From Bugula neritina (Eukaryota; Animalia; Bryozoa): a DNA stretch of 64,000 nucleotides. Made by a program: the position numbers and the translations under genes. The stretch lies in the NCBI GenBank assembly GCA_964035545.1, contig OZ037766.1, forward strand, positions 28,999,673 through 29,063,672, written 5' to 3'. The notes beneath the pieces are model-generated. The model saw only the letters and a program-made list of their open reading frames with translations, did no database searches and had not been told where the DNA came from. Shown in pieces: positions 23,101-39,625 of the stretch (its first letter is position 1; every line of letters starts with the position of its first letter).

Positions 23101-24143
23101 AAAAGCGCTTAGCCTAGGGCCACACTGTGCGTAAATTCTCGCATGCGAAAATTGAAACCGCAGGTAGCAAAGGTGTCCACTGTAGCGTCAGGGAGATCAG
23201 AAAACTACTTATAGCTAATAATATTTGCGTTTAACTTTACGTACTGCCCGCCTTGTTGCTATATGGCTACAAGTGTGGGATAAATGAATTTTTCATTTTT
23301 AAATTGCCCTCGCTTTCAATAAAACGCACTTGCATTCAGAATGCTGAGCGGCAAGTGCGAATGTTTTCTCAACGCATACAGTGGACACCTTTGCTACTTG
23401 TGGTTTAAATTTTCTCATGCGAAAATACGCACAGTGTGGCCCTAGGCTTAGCACAATATAGCGTAAACTGGGAATTATGTAACAAAAGCAACAAACGTGT
23501 ACATATGGTGTATACATTAATTTAATCATTAGCTTATATATGATCCAATTCAGTTAAGATTTCCAGTACATTGGACAGAACTAAGTGAATATATTCTGTG
23601 CCATAAGGTATAACTATGATATTGTATGCTTCTTGAGAGAAAAAATTTGATTAAAATAAATCTAAATACAAAGTTCATAGCATAAGTGTTCACTAAATTG
23701 TAACGAAAGGATTCAGAACACAAATGCTGCAATGGCTAAAGCGAGTAAAATATGTATATAGGGTATACGCAGAGCTGATAACGCAAGTTGAAACTTATTG
23801 CATCATTCAATTCTTGATGTTAAATTAAATATTAAACCACACTTTGTTTATCGGGTGTATAATAATATGTTAATCCACTTACAACATGCAAATGCGCTGT
23901 GCGTTTTTGAGCAGTTATCTGCTCCTGAAGCAACTCTATCTGCTGCTGCTGCCTCTCAATTTGTAGTTGCTGACTTTCATTTTGCTGCCTAAAAACCTCT
24001 GTTAGTGCTTCTAACTTATTTTGTTGTTCTTCTAGAAACTCTGTGATATCTTCAACAGTACCACTGGGTATTCCCTCAGAAGAGTGAACTAGCAGTGTAC
24101 TTAGTGTTATTAAGAGGAAAACTACAACATAATATACCAACAT
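20132..24143 (-). pseudogene. Short-chain collagen copy C, pseudogene
   Basis: Exons 23883-24143, 22565-22657, 21611-21682, 21348-21506, 20862-21140, 20132-20343. Exon 2 is 93 nt instead of 91 (frameshift). The conserved Trp codon is TAG at 20878-20880. There is a Gly-to-Ser change in the collagen of exon 3. Confidence 0.85.
23111..23448. mobile_element. MITE with ~70-bp TIRs (AGCCTAGGGCCACACTGTGC...) in intron 1 of copy C
   Basis: Long TIRs including GTAGCAAAGGTGTCCACTGTA, with T/TA flanks. Same family as 33730..34073 in the opposite orientation. Confidence 0.85.
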
Positions 24144-24257
24144 GTGTTTAATAGTCTTCTGTCAATTAACATGATATTCTGGTATAGAAACAAGCTTGAG
24201 AATAATCCCCCTTGAAATCAACAAAGTATATTGTAGAAACCATTTCTATTACTAATA

Positions 24258-24370
24258 TGCTGTGGAGTGCCAAGTGGTCAAAAATTCACTCTCCATCATG
24301 TCTCGTATGCTTACCAAATGCTATGAAATACAACAATGAATGAACTTTTGACCATTTGGCACCCTATACA
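24258..24370. mobile_element. Small TIR element (about 110 bp)
   Basis: GTGCCAAGTGGTCAAAAATTCA ... TGAACTTTTGACCATTTGGCAC inverted ends. Not seen at the paralogous leader introns. Confidence 0.55.
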
Positions 24371-25041
24371 TATACTATAATCTAGTAGAAATAAACCTTA
24401 TTGTGTATGATAATAGGCTAAGGCTATATTATTGCGGCCACTCATTCTTAGTAATGCATTTATAATAGTTTTTTGTTATTCTAAACATCTTTGTAAGCTA
24501 AACATTTTTTCTCATGTATATACAGTAAATATTGATGTCTATAATAACACAAAGTTGTTATTAGAATGACAGCATTGCAAATGTATATAGTTATATATTT
24601 AAAAATGAGACAAGCTGTACAAGAACTACAATTGCTTTATAATATAAACCAGACAAACCTTTTTCAACAGTCTTCATCTTTGTGTCATTCCCTGTGACTG
24701 TTTGACAGTTTCTATAATTTGTCAAAAATACTTATTATAGATATTCTATGGTGAAGCTGACACGAAGATCCTATTGGCTAATTTGCAAAAATTTTGACAT
24801 GAAAGGAAATAGCAGAAAGAATAATATATTTTATTTTCTTACTTTTGCTTAAGTTAGCCAATCAAGATGGTGTGTCTTATTTCAGATGAGCTATTAAATA
24901 ATTTTTATTTTAATAAGTAATTTGATTGCTGTATAAAATATTGACATTAATCTCTTCACAAAAGCTGCGAATATATTAAAAATTTGTAACTCTCTTATTA
25001 CACTTTACACACAAACACACACATACACACGAATATACAAC

Positions 25042-25253
25042 TTTTACCTATAAGTATATTAAGTGTATTTAATGAGGAAATATAAAGTTACAGCCTTTAT
25101 AAAGTAGAAAAATAAATTGTTATGAGTATACATGCATGTTATATTATGTTATAATATAATATACTCTTCAATAATTTATTTCTCTGTTTTATAAAGGCTG
25201 TAATTTTATATATTTCTCGTTAAATATTATACCTATTATACTTATAAGTAAAA
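25042..25253. mobile_element. AT-rich foldback/MITE-like inverted repeat (about 210 bp)
   Basis: TTTTACCTATAAGTATA..TTACAGCCTTTATAAA is mirrored by TTTATAAAGGCTGTAA..TATACTTATAAGTAAAA. Confidence 0.65.
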
Positions 25254-26234
25254 AATAAAGCTTGAGACAAAAAGCATATTTTACTCTTCAATTTAGAATG
25301 TATTCGCATTGAGTTTGCATTTATAGCATTGCATTTACTTATTTGCAATTGAGTTTGAAAAAATTTGTTATGTTTTTTAAAATGGCATTCACATGGCTAT
25401 CACATTACATAACAAAAATGTAAACATTACTTCCAAATCTTTCTATTTGATCAAATTAGAAAACAGTTGCTTCTCTAACACAGGGATTTTAAGAGCAAAT
25501 TTACATAAGTTCTATCACATTACAAAATCACAGTGCAGAGCATATGTAACATCCAGGTGTTTCTCTTAGATTATGTATTAAGCTATTCAGTTGAAAAAGG
25601 AATTGTTCCTAGTTCATATAAGAATAACTAATAATCATCAGTATGTAGTCACATTCAGTGTTATCTTATTCAAGTATCGGTTCTGAGTAGGCTACTTAAA
25701 TTTAATCTCCCCTCAATAATAGAAGTACTTTTACTTAAATTATATTAACTTATTTCAATCAATTAGGTATCCTTTGCTTTTATTTGGGAATTTCTGCATT
25801 CGATTAACTATTTAGTGGACCTACTGGGAAAGAATCTCTTGCAGGTTTGAAGGTAAAATGATGCCTTTATTGTAAGTAATAAATCACAGTGTAGTGCATA
25901 TATGGTTTATTTCTAGTCCATAAAATTCAATTAGCAAGTGGATTTGCAAAATACAACCAGTTTTTTTAAATGGTTTCTCAGCAAAACAAACAAATGGGTT
26001 TGCTTACTAATTTACTATTTACTCTATTTTATAAAACTCATCATAATATTAATTTAGTGTTAAGGAAGTTCGACATTTTATGCTACTTGATATTTGTGCA
26101 AAGTAGGGCTACCATAATGATTTAGAAATGCTGTTTTTGCATGGAAGCATTTAGCATAACACAATATGTAAGTAGGTCTTGTATTTTAGTAGATGAAAGC
26201 ATTAAAGTAATAAAACATTGCGCGTCTTTGTTTT

Positions 26235-28780
26235 TTACTTGGAACAAATAACACAAGTGAGCTGCTTCTTGTCATCATACGGTGGACAGTGTCCAGTAGT
26301 CCCCTCTCCAGAGCAATCAGTTCTGACAAAGAAAAACAGAGCTCCATTTGTGTTGGCACTCAATCCATTGATATACTCAGGATCTTGATCTACACACTCA
26401 TATGTAGTTGGGTGAGCATGATCATAACGCTGAGTCATCAAGTAACCTGAAATGATATATGCAAACAAGATTCAAATGTTACTATCACTACGGCACTACG
26501 ATTTAGTGAATAGATATCTAATCATTGGGCAAGTTTTTTTCATAGCAAAGATCACTTGATATATGCACATGATAATATATATAAAATGGATGCGATCTGT
26601 TTGAAGTGGACCATAAAAAAACCATGCAATATTATAATACTAACATCAACATTGAGTTATAGGTATATGGATCATTGTGAGCTTAGAAAAATGATGCTTC
26701 CAATATATAAACAATATAATTACCTTCATACTCCTTAGTCCACCCAGTTGGGCAAGATCTTCTTGCTGGAATCATCATAAGAGCTGGTCTGTTCTCTGTA
26801 TAACATCTGGCACATGGTACATTCTGTTCATAAGCTAAATTGGGCAATATTCCATAACTAAAAGATTGATATTCTCCACCATTTATCGAAGAACCCTCGA
26901 AACTACTACCAGTGTATGCTCTGTTATATTGTGGGTTCAGGGGCATGCACTGGTAGTTAACTCCACCTCCAGTGTTTCTATGAAATTCTCCACCAGCAAA
27001 TCCTGAGAAAATAAAACTGTGTTCACAAATAAATAGCATTCATTGTCTATATAAACCACTAAATGGTAATTTGATTAATTAAAGTGACATAAATGATTAA
27101 ATTTTTAGCAGCAATTGCTGATTAATATTATCATGACATTTTCCATATACAAGGAAACATTCAGTGATACATAATAAATGTAATCTATTTCACCTTCATA
27201 AAGTAAAGCTGATTGGGAACCACAAGATTTTCTTCCCCATCTTACATAAACCGCACCTCCTTCAACATGTGACACATTGCCAGGAGCACCTGGAGCACCT
27301 GTTGGACCCCTCAATCCTGTAAGTCCAGGACTACCGGGTAATCCATCTCTCCCTATTTATAAAACAGAACTGAAATCAATTGCTCATTGAATGGACACAG
27401 AACACTTATATTCTAATATAAGCGTTTAGTTATAATTTTTAATTTTCTCTCACCATCACGGCCATTTGCACCATCTTTACCATCATCTCCATCATCTCCA
27501 TTTCTGCCATCTCTACCATCTCTGCCATCTCTACCATCTTTACCAGCAACACCTCTAATTCCTAATACACATTAAGACTATGATTACGAAGATAAGAATA
27601 TATTGCCTTTTGTTATCTTATAATTCCAATATGTTTGCTGTGCACTTTTATCCTGCAATTGCAAGCTCCTGCATGTAAACTAAATGCTCCAGCTCATACA
27701 TGTAAACTACATGCAGTTTGTTACTTGCTTAATATACATTTTCTATATATAAACTGTAATTGACGTTCTAATCTTTGTCACGACACCTAAAACTAAAAAC
27801 TACTTGCCACATCCAAATGAAAATATAAATGAAGCCTTTTTTGTCTGTATATAACAATTTAAAAACACTACATCATAATTCAAATGAAAAGCTACTAATT
27901 TCAAAACAATAATTTTCACCATGGGTGTAAAGCTGGCCTAAAACGCTACTGATTCCTTTTTCTCCGTCATTTGCAAGAGATTCTGCAGTTGGCAACGCTC
28001 CATTAAGTAGCTTTAAACAAAATTAAAATTCACAGAAATATCTTTTATCTACATGCATGTGTACATTTTCAGGGTGTGGCTGCGTTAATTACTTTCGTCT
28101 TAGTTATCACAAGCACTGCAAAAATAAACCTAATTAACTGCTTTAAAATACTATGTGTTTTGAAGTTAGACAGTTTTAGTTTTAGATACAGAAATTTACT
28201 AAAAAAACGTCTGCCAGATTCACCAGCAAATTTGTTCAAAAATAAACAGAATGTTTACCGTTTGACTCATTGAATGTCTGAATTAATTTCTACAAGCATA
28301 CAGCTGTGAGGTAACAGCTGATGATAGCGTATAGTACAATACTAGCTACGAGTGCTTGCTTTTATCTTTGGTGTGAACTGAGCATAATGTGGCATCAACA
28401 AATATATCTTTATATTATTAGGTGGAGAACAAATCTTTTTGTAGCTGTTGAAAATTTGACATAATTACATCCAAATAGCCTATTGTTTCAGTGATTATTT
28501 AACTATTCTCTCCCGCGCACACGCACAATGGTGATCCACTTACAACATTCAGTAGTGAAAGTGTTGTGAGTTGTTGAGCATTTATCTGCTCCTGAAGCAA
28601 CGTTATTTGTTGTTGCTGACTTTCATTTTGCTGCCTAAAACCCTCTGTTAGTGCTTCCAACTTATTTTGTTGTTCCTCTAGAAACTCTGTAATATCTTCA
28701 ACAGTACCACTGAGTGTCCCCTCAGAAGAGTGTACTAGCAGTGCGCTTAGGAGAAAAACTACAACATAATATACCAACAT
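26235..28780 (-). CDS. Short-chain collagen C4/spongin-like protein, copy D (about 361 aa; short collagen, no linker Cys)
   Basis: Exons 28544-28780, 27920-28010, 27454-27561, 27194-27352, 26724-27002, 26235-26446. Confidence 0.88.
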
Positions 28781-29186
28781 GTGTTTAATAGTCTTCTGTC
28801 AATTAACATAATATTCTGGTTTAAAAAACCTGAGGATAATTCTTCTTGAAGTCAGCAAAATGAATTATAGAAACAATTTTTATATACACTAGTAGAAATA
28901 GACTTTATTATACGATAATATTCTGAGGCTAGATTATTGTTTACGGTCATTCTTGGTATAATGGATTTATATGAAATTTGTGTAGTTCTAATTTATTTTC
29001 TTTGACTAAATTTGTTAATTAAATGTAAACATATATATATAGTAAGTATCATTACTTAAGTAATGACACATTAAGTTCTTATTATCAGAAGAATAATAAT
29101 AACTGATGTATATGCATGCAATTCCACTTTAAAAAGTAAAACAAGCTGTACAGAAACTACAATTGGTACATATAAACCAAACAAAC

Positions 29187-29780
29187 CTTTTTCAACAGTC
29201 TTCATCTTTATGTCATTCCCTGTGACTGTCTGATGGTCTCTAAGGTTTGTCAAAAATACTTATATTAGATATTCTATAGCTAAGCTGACACAAAGATCCG
29301 ATTGGCTGGCTTGCAAAAATGTTGACACGAAAGGAAATAGCAGAAAGAATAATATATTATATTTACTTTATAAGTTAGCCAATCAAGATGCTGTGTCTTA
29401 AAATAACAATGCAACAGAGAGCCATCATATCTTATGAGGAGTCGTCTTTTCTTAACATTGGCCTGCGGATTATAATAGTATGCTTTTATTAAGCAGTTGC
29501 AATTTTGAGCAATAGCTAATGATGTTTGACCTGAGTAAAACAAGTTGTACAAAAAAACTACAATATTGCTTCATATAAACCAGACAAACCTTTTTCAACA
29601 GTCTTCATCTTTATGTCATTCCCTGTGACTGTGGGACAGTCTGTAAGGTCTGCCAAAGATATTCTATAGTGAAGCTGACACAACGATCTGATTGGCTGAT
29701 CTGTCTGAAAACGGCAATAAATTAAATAGCAGAAACATTGGAATGCGGTTACTCCAGTTGCATAAATTAGCCAATCAATG
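29187..29780 (-). promoter_or_regulatory. Tandemly duplicated promoter/leader-exon module upstream of gene D
   Basis: Two copies of the CCAAT..MKTVEK|GT block (exon ends 29187 and 29590). Confidence 0.6.
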
Positions 29781-30404
29781 AAATATAACTTTAATAAATG
29801 CACAATTGTTGTACATGGAATATTGACATTAATGTCTCACAAAAGCCTTGAATCTATTAAAAAGTTGCAACTCCCTGACTAAATTTGATATATCTATATA
29901 CAAAGTGACCATAACTCCTTAAGTAGGCTCTACATATTTATACAAGGTGACCATAACTCCTAAACTGCAATCTATATATCTATACAAGGTGACCATAAAT
30001 CATAAATGCCTTGCTATTTCACCATAACTTCCTGTCTAAATAATACATATGGATTAAATAGTGGTATAACAACTTACAGCATTGAGACTGTTTTGTAGAC
30101 ACTGAATTTTGTTTAATATTCAAATTTCCAAGAATAACAAGTTAACCTATATATTAATTACCGCTGTAACTAGTCAATCTTATTTCTATATACACGGGCC
30201 CAAACAGTCATGGGGACTTATAGAATAAACTGTATAACTTAATAAAACTGTTTTTGAAGATTTTACAGATTATAAATAATTTAATTGCTAGTTTGTCAAT
30301 AATTAGCTTAAAGGAAAAGCGTTTACTCTTATCTTTTTACAGTTGCGTTTCAAAGTGATATTATGTCAAAACTTTGAAAATACTAATACAAATATTACAA
30401 ATAC

Positions 30405-32030
<1,626 letters not shown>

Positions 32031-32134
32031 CCATTTACATATAAAACTTGTTTCTTAAGAACTGTCGGAAGTGCTTTGATAGATTTTTGGAGTTTTCCTT
32101 TGATTTCATATTATTTAGCCTTTGAGTGATATAT

Positions 32135-32588
32135 TGTAAAGAATTTGTATCGTTATTATTATTATCGAAAGGAAAACTCCCCGTGGCTTATTTCTTATAC
32201 GCATCATGGCACGATGTCTACAATTGCAGCAGATCAATTATCGTAATAGCTGACAACCGTAATGCATATCGTTTTTCCTATACTTGGCTGGACAGTTACT
32301 ACTAATATAAGCTGTGAACCAAGGCAAGACTAGTTAATTAGAAATAATAGCTAGCGTTAGTAAATAGCCAATAATTAGCGTGCTCGACTAGCCGGCAAAG
32401 AGGACTTGATCGTGCTAGTGTAAAGTTGTGTACTAATAGCTCTCTATTATGTAGCAGTTTGTGTTAGTTGCTGTATATTTTGTTCGTGTATAATTAGCAA
32501 TAAATAAACTCTTATTAATTACCAGACCTGGTGAAGTGGCTTTCAATAAATAAACTCGTTGATTGCAGTGAAGCATAAATTCACAATA
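32135..32588 (+). mobile_element. Probable solo LTR related to 15038..15379
   Basis: Starts TG, ends ..CACAATA, TSD ATAT. Empty site at about 39725. Shares ATCGAAAGGA.AACTC and GACAGTTAC with the other solo LTR. Confidence 0.7.
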
Positions 32589-33729
32589 ATATTGCTTAAC
32601 TTTATTTGGTCTCTTTTCTTTTTGTGCACTGTAAACCAAAGTTCACTGGAAGATCGGTAGAATATTCTGGAAGTCAGAGGGGCATCTGATTTCCAGAGTA
32701 TATAAGGAGGTGAACTCACAGTGTAGAGTCAGTCTATAGCTGGAGCTCATCAGAGAAAGACCCACTACAGATATCTCTACCTTCAAAAAAGATTCTAATA
32801 TACCTTACTGGACACTCTCTGCTTCTTTACTAAATGCAAGGAGTTATGCTCTCCACTTAATTATGTTTCCAAATCCACCAAATTACTACAGTGTGCTTGA
32901 AAATTTCCTAACCAGTTTTTAACATTCAAATTTTTAATCAAATTATGTAATAAAATCGTAAAACATACATCCAGGTATTTCTATTCAACTGCATGTATAT
33001 TTTCAAATATTACATTTGTATATTACATAATGACAGTGTAGAACATATATAACATCCAGGTGTTTCTATGAGACTTTATATTGAGGTATTCAGTTGAAGA
33101 AGGAAGTTCCTAGTTCATATCAGCTCTTAGAATAACTAATAATCATCAGTGTGTAATCATATTCAGTGTTATCTGATTCAATCATCAGTTCTGAGTACAA
33201 GTTTATTATCAGAATAATAGAAATATTTTATTCCTTTTTTAAATAATTTTATGGTATGTCTTGCTTTTATGTCATTTCTTTCACAATAATATTTGAATTG
33301 AGTTTGCATTAGCATTGCATTCAATTTGCAATGGAGTTTGAAGAAATTTGTTATGTTTTGTAAAATGACATTAACATTGCTATCACATTACATATAAAAA
33401 TGTAAAAGTTACTTCCAAATGTTTCTATTTGATCAAAATAGAAAATAGGTGCTTCTCTAACACAGGGAGTTTTAAGAGGAAATTTACATAAGTTCCATCA
33501 CATTGCAAAGTGACAGTGCAGAACATATGTAACATCCAGGTGTTTCTATTAGACTGTATATTGAAGTATTCACTCAGTTTAAGAAGGAAGTTCTTAGATC
33601 TCATCAGCTCATAAAAAGCTAATATAGTCATCAGTATATGTAGTTACACTCAGTGTTATCTGATTCAAGTATCAATTTTGAGTAGGTTACTTAAATTTAA
33701 TCCCCTCCCCCAATAATAGAAATACTTTA

Positions 33730-34073
33730 AGCCTAGGGCCACACTGTGCATATTTTCACATGCGAAAATTGGTATCACGAGTAGCAAAGGTGTCCACTGT
33801 ACGCGTTGAGAAAACATTCGCACTTGTCGCTCAGCATTCTCAACGCAAGTGCGAATCGTCTGTCGTTGTCACCTAATTGGCTGGTAGTTATTCAGCGAGC
33901 CCAATTTCTTTATTTTAGTGCTACATTCCAGTAAATTGCGTTTTATTGAAAGCGAGTGCGATTTAAAAATGAAAGCTTTACTTATCACGCATCACTGACG
34001 CTACAGTGGACACCTTTGCTACTCGTGGTTTCAATTTTTGCATGCGAAAATATGCACAGTGTGGCCCTAGGCT
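33730..34073. mobile_element. MITE, same family as 23111..23448
   Basis: TIRs AGCCTAGGGCCACACTGTGCATATTTT.., TA on both sides. Empty site at about 25730. Confidence 0.88.
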
Positions 34074-34580
34074 TACTAAAGTTATATTAACTTATTTCAA
34101 TCAATTAGGTATCCTTTGCTTTTATTTGGGAAGGTTATGCATTTAATTAACTATTTAGTAGATCTGTTGAGAAAGAATCCCTTGCAGGCTTGAAGGTAAA
34201 ATGATGTCTTTATTGTGAGTAATAACTCACAGTGTAGTGCATATGGTTTATTTCTAGTCTATAAAATTCAACTAGCAAGCAATTTGATTTACAAAATACA
34301 ACAAGTTTTTTTAGCAAGTTCTCAGAAAAATCTTCAATGCAAACAGATGGGTTTGTTTACTAATTTACTACTTACTCAATTTTATAACACTAATCATAAT
34401 GTTAATTCTGTGTTCAAGAAGTTTAACATGTTATGCTACTTGATATTTTCAAAAGGCGCCATAATATTTAGAAATGCTGTTTTTGCATGGAACTGTGTAA
34501 CATAACACAATATGTAGGTAGGTCTTGTATTCTGGTAGATGAAAGCATTAAAGTAAAAAAACATTGCGCGTCTTTGTTTT

Positions 34581-37527
34581 TTACTTAGAACAAACAACAC
34601 AAGTTAGCTGCTTTTTATCATCATATGGTGGACAGTGTCCAATAGTTCCATCTCCAGAGCAATCAGTCCCGACAAAGAAAAACAAAGCTCCATTTGTATT
34701 ACCACTCATCCCATTGATATACTCAGGATTTTGATCTACACACTCATATGTAGTTGGGTGAGGATGATTGGAATATTGAGTCATCAAGTATCCTAAAATG
34801 ACATGCAAACAAGATTAAAATGTTACTACCACTATGGCACTATATGATTTAGTTAAAGGAAATCTAAAGATTGGGCAAGGTCTTTTCATAGCAATAATCA
34901 ATTTATATATGCATAGTGATATATATAAAGTGAATGCTGATATCTGTTTCAAGTAAGTCATAAAAACCATGCAATATTCAGAACTAACATCAACATTGAG
35001 TAGGTATATATGGATCATTGCAAGCTTAGAAAAGTGATGCTTTCAAAATATGAATAATATGACAACCTTCATACTCCTGTGTCCACCCAGATGGACAAGA
35101 TCTTCTAGCTGGAATCATCATAAGAGCTGGTCTGTTCTCTGTATAACATCTGGCACATGGTACATTCTGTTGCACAGTTGAATCAGGGAATATACCATAA
35201 AACTGTGATTGATATTCTGCACCACTTATCAAAGAACCCTGGAAACTACCCCTAGTGTATGCTCTGTTATATTGTGGGTTCAGGGGCATACACTGGTAGT
35301 TAACTCCACCTCCTGTGTTTGTATGAAATGCTCCACCAGCAAATCCTGAAAAAATAAAACAGTTTCAATAGTATGTGTGTAATTCACATGTAAGTAGCAT
35401 TCATTGTCTATATAAACCACTAAATGGTAATTTGATTAATTAAAGTGACATAAATGAATAAATTTTCAGCGCAATTGCTGATTAATATTATCATGATATT
35501 TTCCACATACAAGGAAACATTCAGTAATACATAATAATAGTAATCTAATTCACCTTCATAAAGCAAAGCTGATTTGGAACCACAAGACTTTCTTCCCCAT
35601 CTTACATAAACAGCACCTCCTTCAACATGTGACACATTGCCAGGAGCACCTGGGGCACCTGTTGGACCTCTCAATCCTGTAAGTCCAGGACTACCAGGCA
35701 ATCCATCTCTCCCTATTTAATAAAAGGAACCAATTAACAGCTCTTATATACCAAACATGTCGTTACTCATTCAATTTACAGAAAAACATTTGTATTTTGA
35801 TATAAAGTTTAGGTGATGAGTTGAGTTTCTCTCACCATCTCGGCCATTTGCACCATCACGACCATTTGCACCATCATCTCCATCTTTACCATCTTCTCCA
35901 TTTTTACCATCTCTGCCGTCTTTGCCATCTTTACCATCTTTACCATCTTTACCAGAAACTCCTCTAACTCCTATATACCGTCACATTGAAAACAGATGAT
36001 TACAAAAGTAAAAATATTAAAGCCTTTTAATATCCCGGCCACAATGTGTTTGCATTGCACTTTTATTCTGTAAATACAAGCGGTTACAACAATATATAAA
36101 TATGATAGCACTTTACAGAATTAAGATCTTGCAAACATCTCTACAGTTGTATTTTACATCAAATATACGTGTATACACGCTTTTGATCTAAATCTCTTTT
36201 ATATAATTCATGCGCTAATTCATATATAATAATTGTACTAATATATTTATAAACTTTGCTTGTAAACTTTTTAACAATAAACTTAAAAATGTATTATCGT
36301 TGAGCAAACTTTAACTGGCTAGTTGCCTATTAATTCTCAACAAAATTGATTGAAGGCCACTTGTTTGTCATATAAACAATTCCCTTTATAAACTGCAAAC
36401 AAAATCTCAACATTTGCTTCTGAACCTAGTATATAAAGCTAGTAGTTAAACCAAAAGAAAACATGATCAATGTAAAGCTAATCTGTCTATAATGCAGAAA
36501 TAATTAATAAGGCCTCTAATTCAAAATTTATACTTTTTACCATAGATGCACAGCTGATCTAAAAATTTATCAACTTCCTTTTCTTCCTCTTTTTCAAGAG
36601 ATTCTGCAGTTGGCAAGTTTCCTTTGAGTAACTATGATAAATAAAATTACACTTTTCAATAATTGCTTTCATCTATACATGCATCATGAGTGTACAGGCT
36701 TTTCATTTGAAATTAAGGTTACATTTTATGGGTGTTTTAATTGCGTTAATCTTAGCTATCACAGTACACAGAATATTTCATTAAACTGCTTTAAATACAT
36801 TGTAAACCTAAAGATTTTTCCTTCTGAATATGAATTTACTGACATAATTTGACCAGATTTATCACCACAACCTAACATTATTTTACTATTTTCTTCTTGT
36901 AAATAATAAATAGAAAGCCTTGCAAAACAGCTCAGAAAACAATCAATATATGGAGTCGGTTCAAAGCTGAACAGAATGACTTGCATTCTACATCCTGAAT
37001 GCTGGAACTCATCTCTAAAATCAGATAGCTGTGAAGTAACAGCAAATGAAAGCGGAGCTCAATAGCAATGATGAGTGCTTACTCTTAGTTACAGTGTGAA
37101 TGAGCATAATGTAGGGAAAAGTGCAAAAGCAGAAATATGTATGTGCTACTTTGATTGTTACCAAAGACAACTCTTAAGCTAAAACAATGATTAACCTACT
37201 CTCTATATGTTATGTGTGTTATAATGTTAATCCACTTACAACATGCAGCAGTGAAAGTGTTGTGTGTTGTTGGGAGTTTATCTGCTCCTGTTGCCTCTCT
37301 ATCTGCTGTTGCTGCCTTTCATTCTGAAGTTGCAGCTTCTCAATTTGTAATTGCTTACTTTCATTCTGCTGCCTAAAAACCTCTGTTAGTGCTTCCAACT
37401 TATTTTGTTGTTCTTCTAGAAACTCTTTAATATTTTCAGCAGTACCACTGGGTATCCCCTCAGAAGAGTGAACTAGCAGTGTGCTTAGTGTTATTAAGAG
37501 GAAAACTACAACATAATATACCAACAT
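34581..37527 (-). CDS. Short-chain collagen C4/spongin-like protein, copy E (about 387 aa)
   Basis: Exons 37240-37527, 36541-36631, 35836-35970, 35554-35712, 35067-35345, 34581-34792. Confidence 0.88.
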
Positions 37528-38889
37528 GTGTTTGATAGTCTTCTGTCAAATTAACTTGATATTCTGGTATAGAAACAAGCTTGAGGATGATTCCCCTGAG
37601 GTCAACAAAGTGCATTGTAGAAACCACAGCATCATTCCAGATAGAAGCTTCCCAGTTATACATGCAAAGCCTCTCACTCAGAGCTATTTATTTAGCTTTG
37701 TATAACATATTATGTATTCTGTGTGGAGTTTGGTTTTTGGGAAGCGTCTAACTAGGAAGCAATTATCTGGGATGAAACCGACATCACTTCTATACAATAT
37801 TATAGTAGAAAAACTTTATTATATGTTTATTGGTAAAGGCTAGATTATTGTCTCCACTCGTTCTGAGTATTTGGATTTATATAAGGGAGTTTTGTTAATC
37901 TATTTTTTTCTGTAAATTGAATTTGTTTTTATCGTTTAAATATACAATCAGTCTATATGTTTGTAATAATACAAAATTGTTATTACCAAGAGAGTAGTAA
38001 ATGATGACATTGTTCATGTATATATAGTTATATGTTTAGAAGATATAGACAAGCTGTGCAAAAACTACAATTAGTACATATAAACCAGACAAACCTTTTT
38101 CAACAGTCTTCATCTTTGTGTCATTCCCTGTGACTGTCTGAGAGTCTCTGACGTTTGTCAAAAATATGTATAATATATATTCTATAGTGAAACTGACACA
38201 AAGATCTGATTGGCTGGTCTGTCTAAAATACAGCAACAAATTAAATAGCAGAAAAAAATTGGAACGTCATTACTCCAGTTGCATAAATTAGCCAATGAAA
38301 GATAACTTTAATAAATGCACAATTGTTGTAGATTGAATATTGACATTATTGTCTCACAAAAGCCTTGAATCTATTAAAAAGTTGTAACTCCCTGCAACTA
38401 AGCCTTATGTATATACAATGTGACCATAACTCCCCGACTACACTCTATATATCTACAATGTGACCATAACTCCACATATTTATAGCAAGTGCCCATAAAT
38501 CATAAATTATTTGCTATTTCACCATAACTTCCTGTCTAAATAATACATATTGATTGAATAGTCATCAGTTAGTATAACAGCCTTAAGACTGTTTTGTAGG
38601 CACTGAATTTTGTTTTATATTTAACTTTCCAAAAATAACAAGTTAACCTATAATAATCACCACTGTAATTAGTAACTTATATTTCTATACACGCAGAGCA
38701 CAAACAGTCATGGGGACTTATAAAATAAACTGTATATTTTAAAACTATTTTTGAAGATTTCACAGATTATAAATAATTTGAATTGCTAGTTTGTCATTAA
38801 TTAGCATGCTTTTTTTTTATTTTTGCGTTGCGTTTCAAGGTGATATTATGTCAAAGGTTTGAAAATACTAATACAAATTTTACAAATAT

Positions 38890-39625
<736 letters not shown>

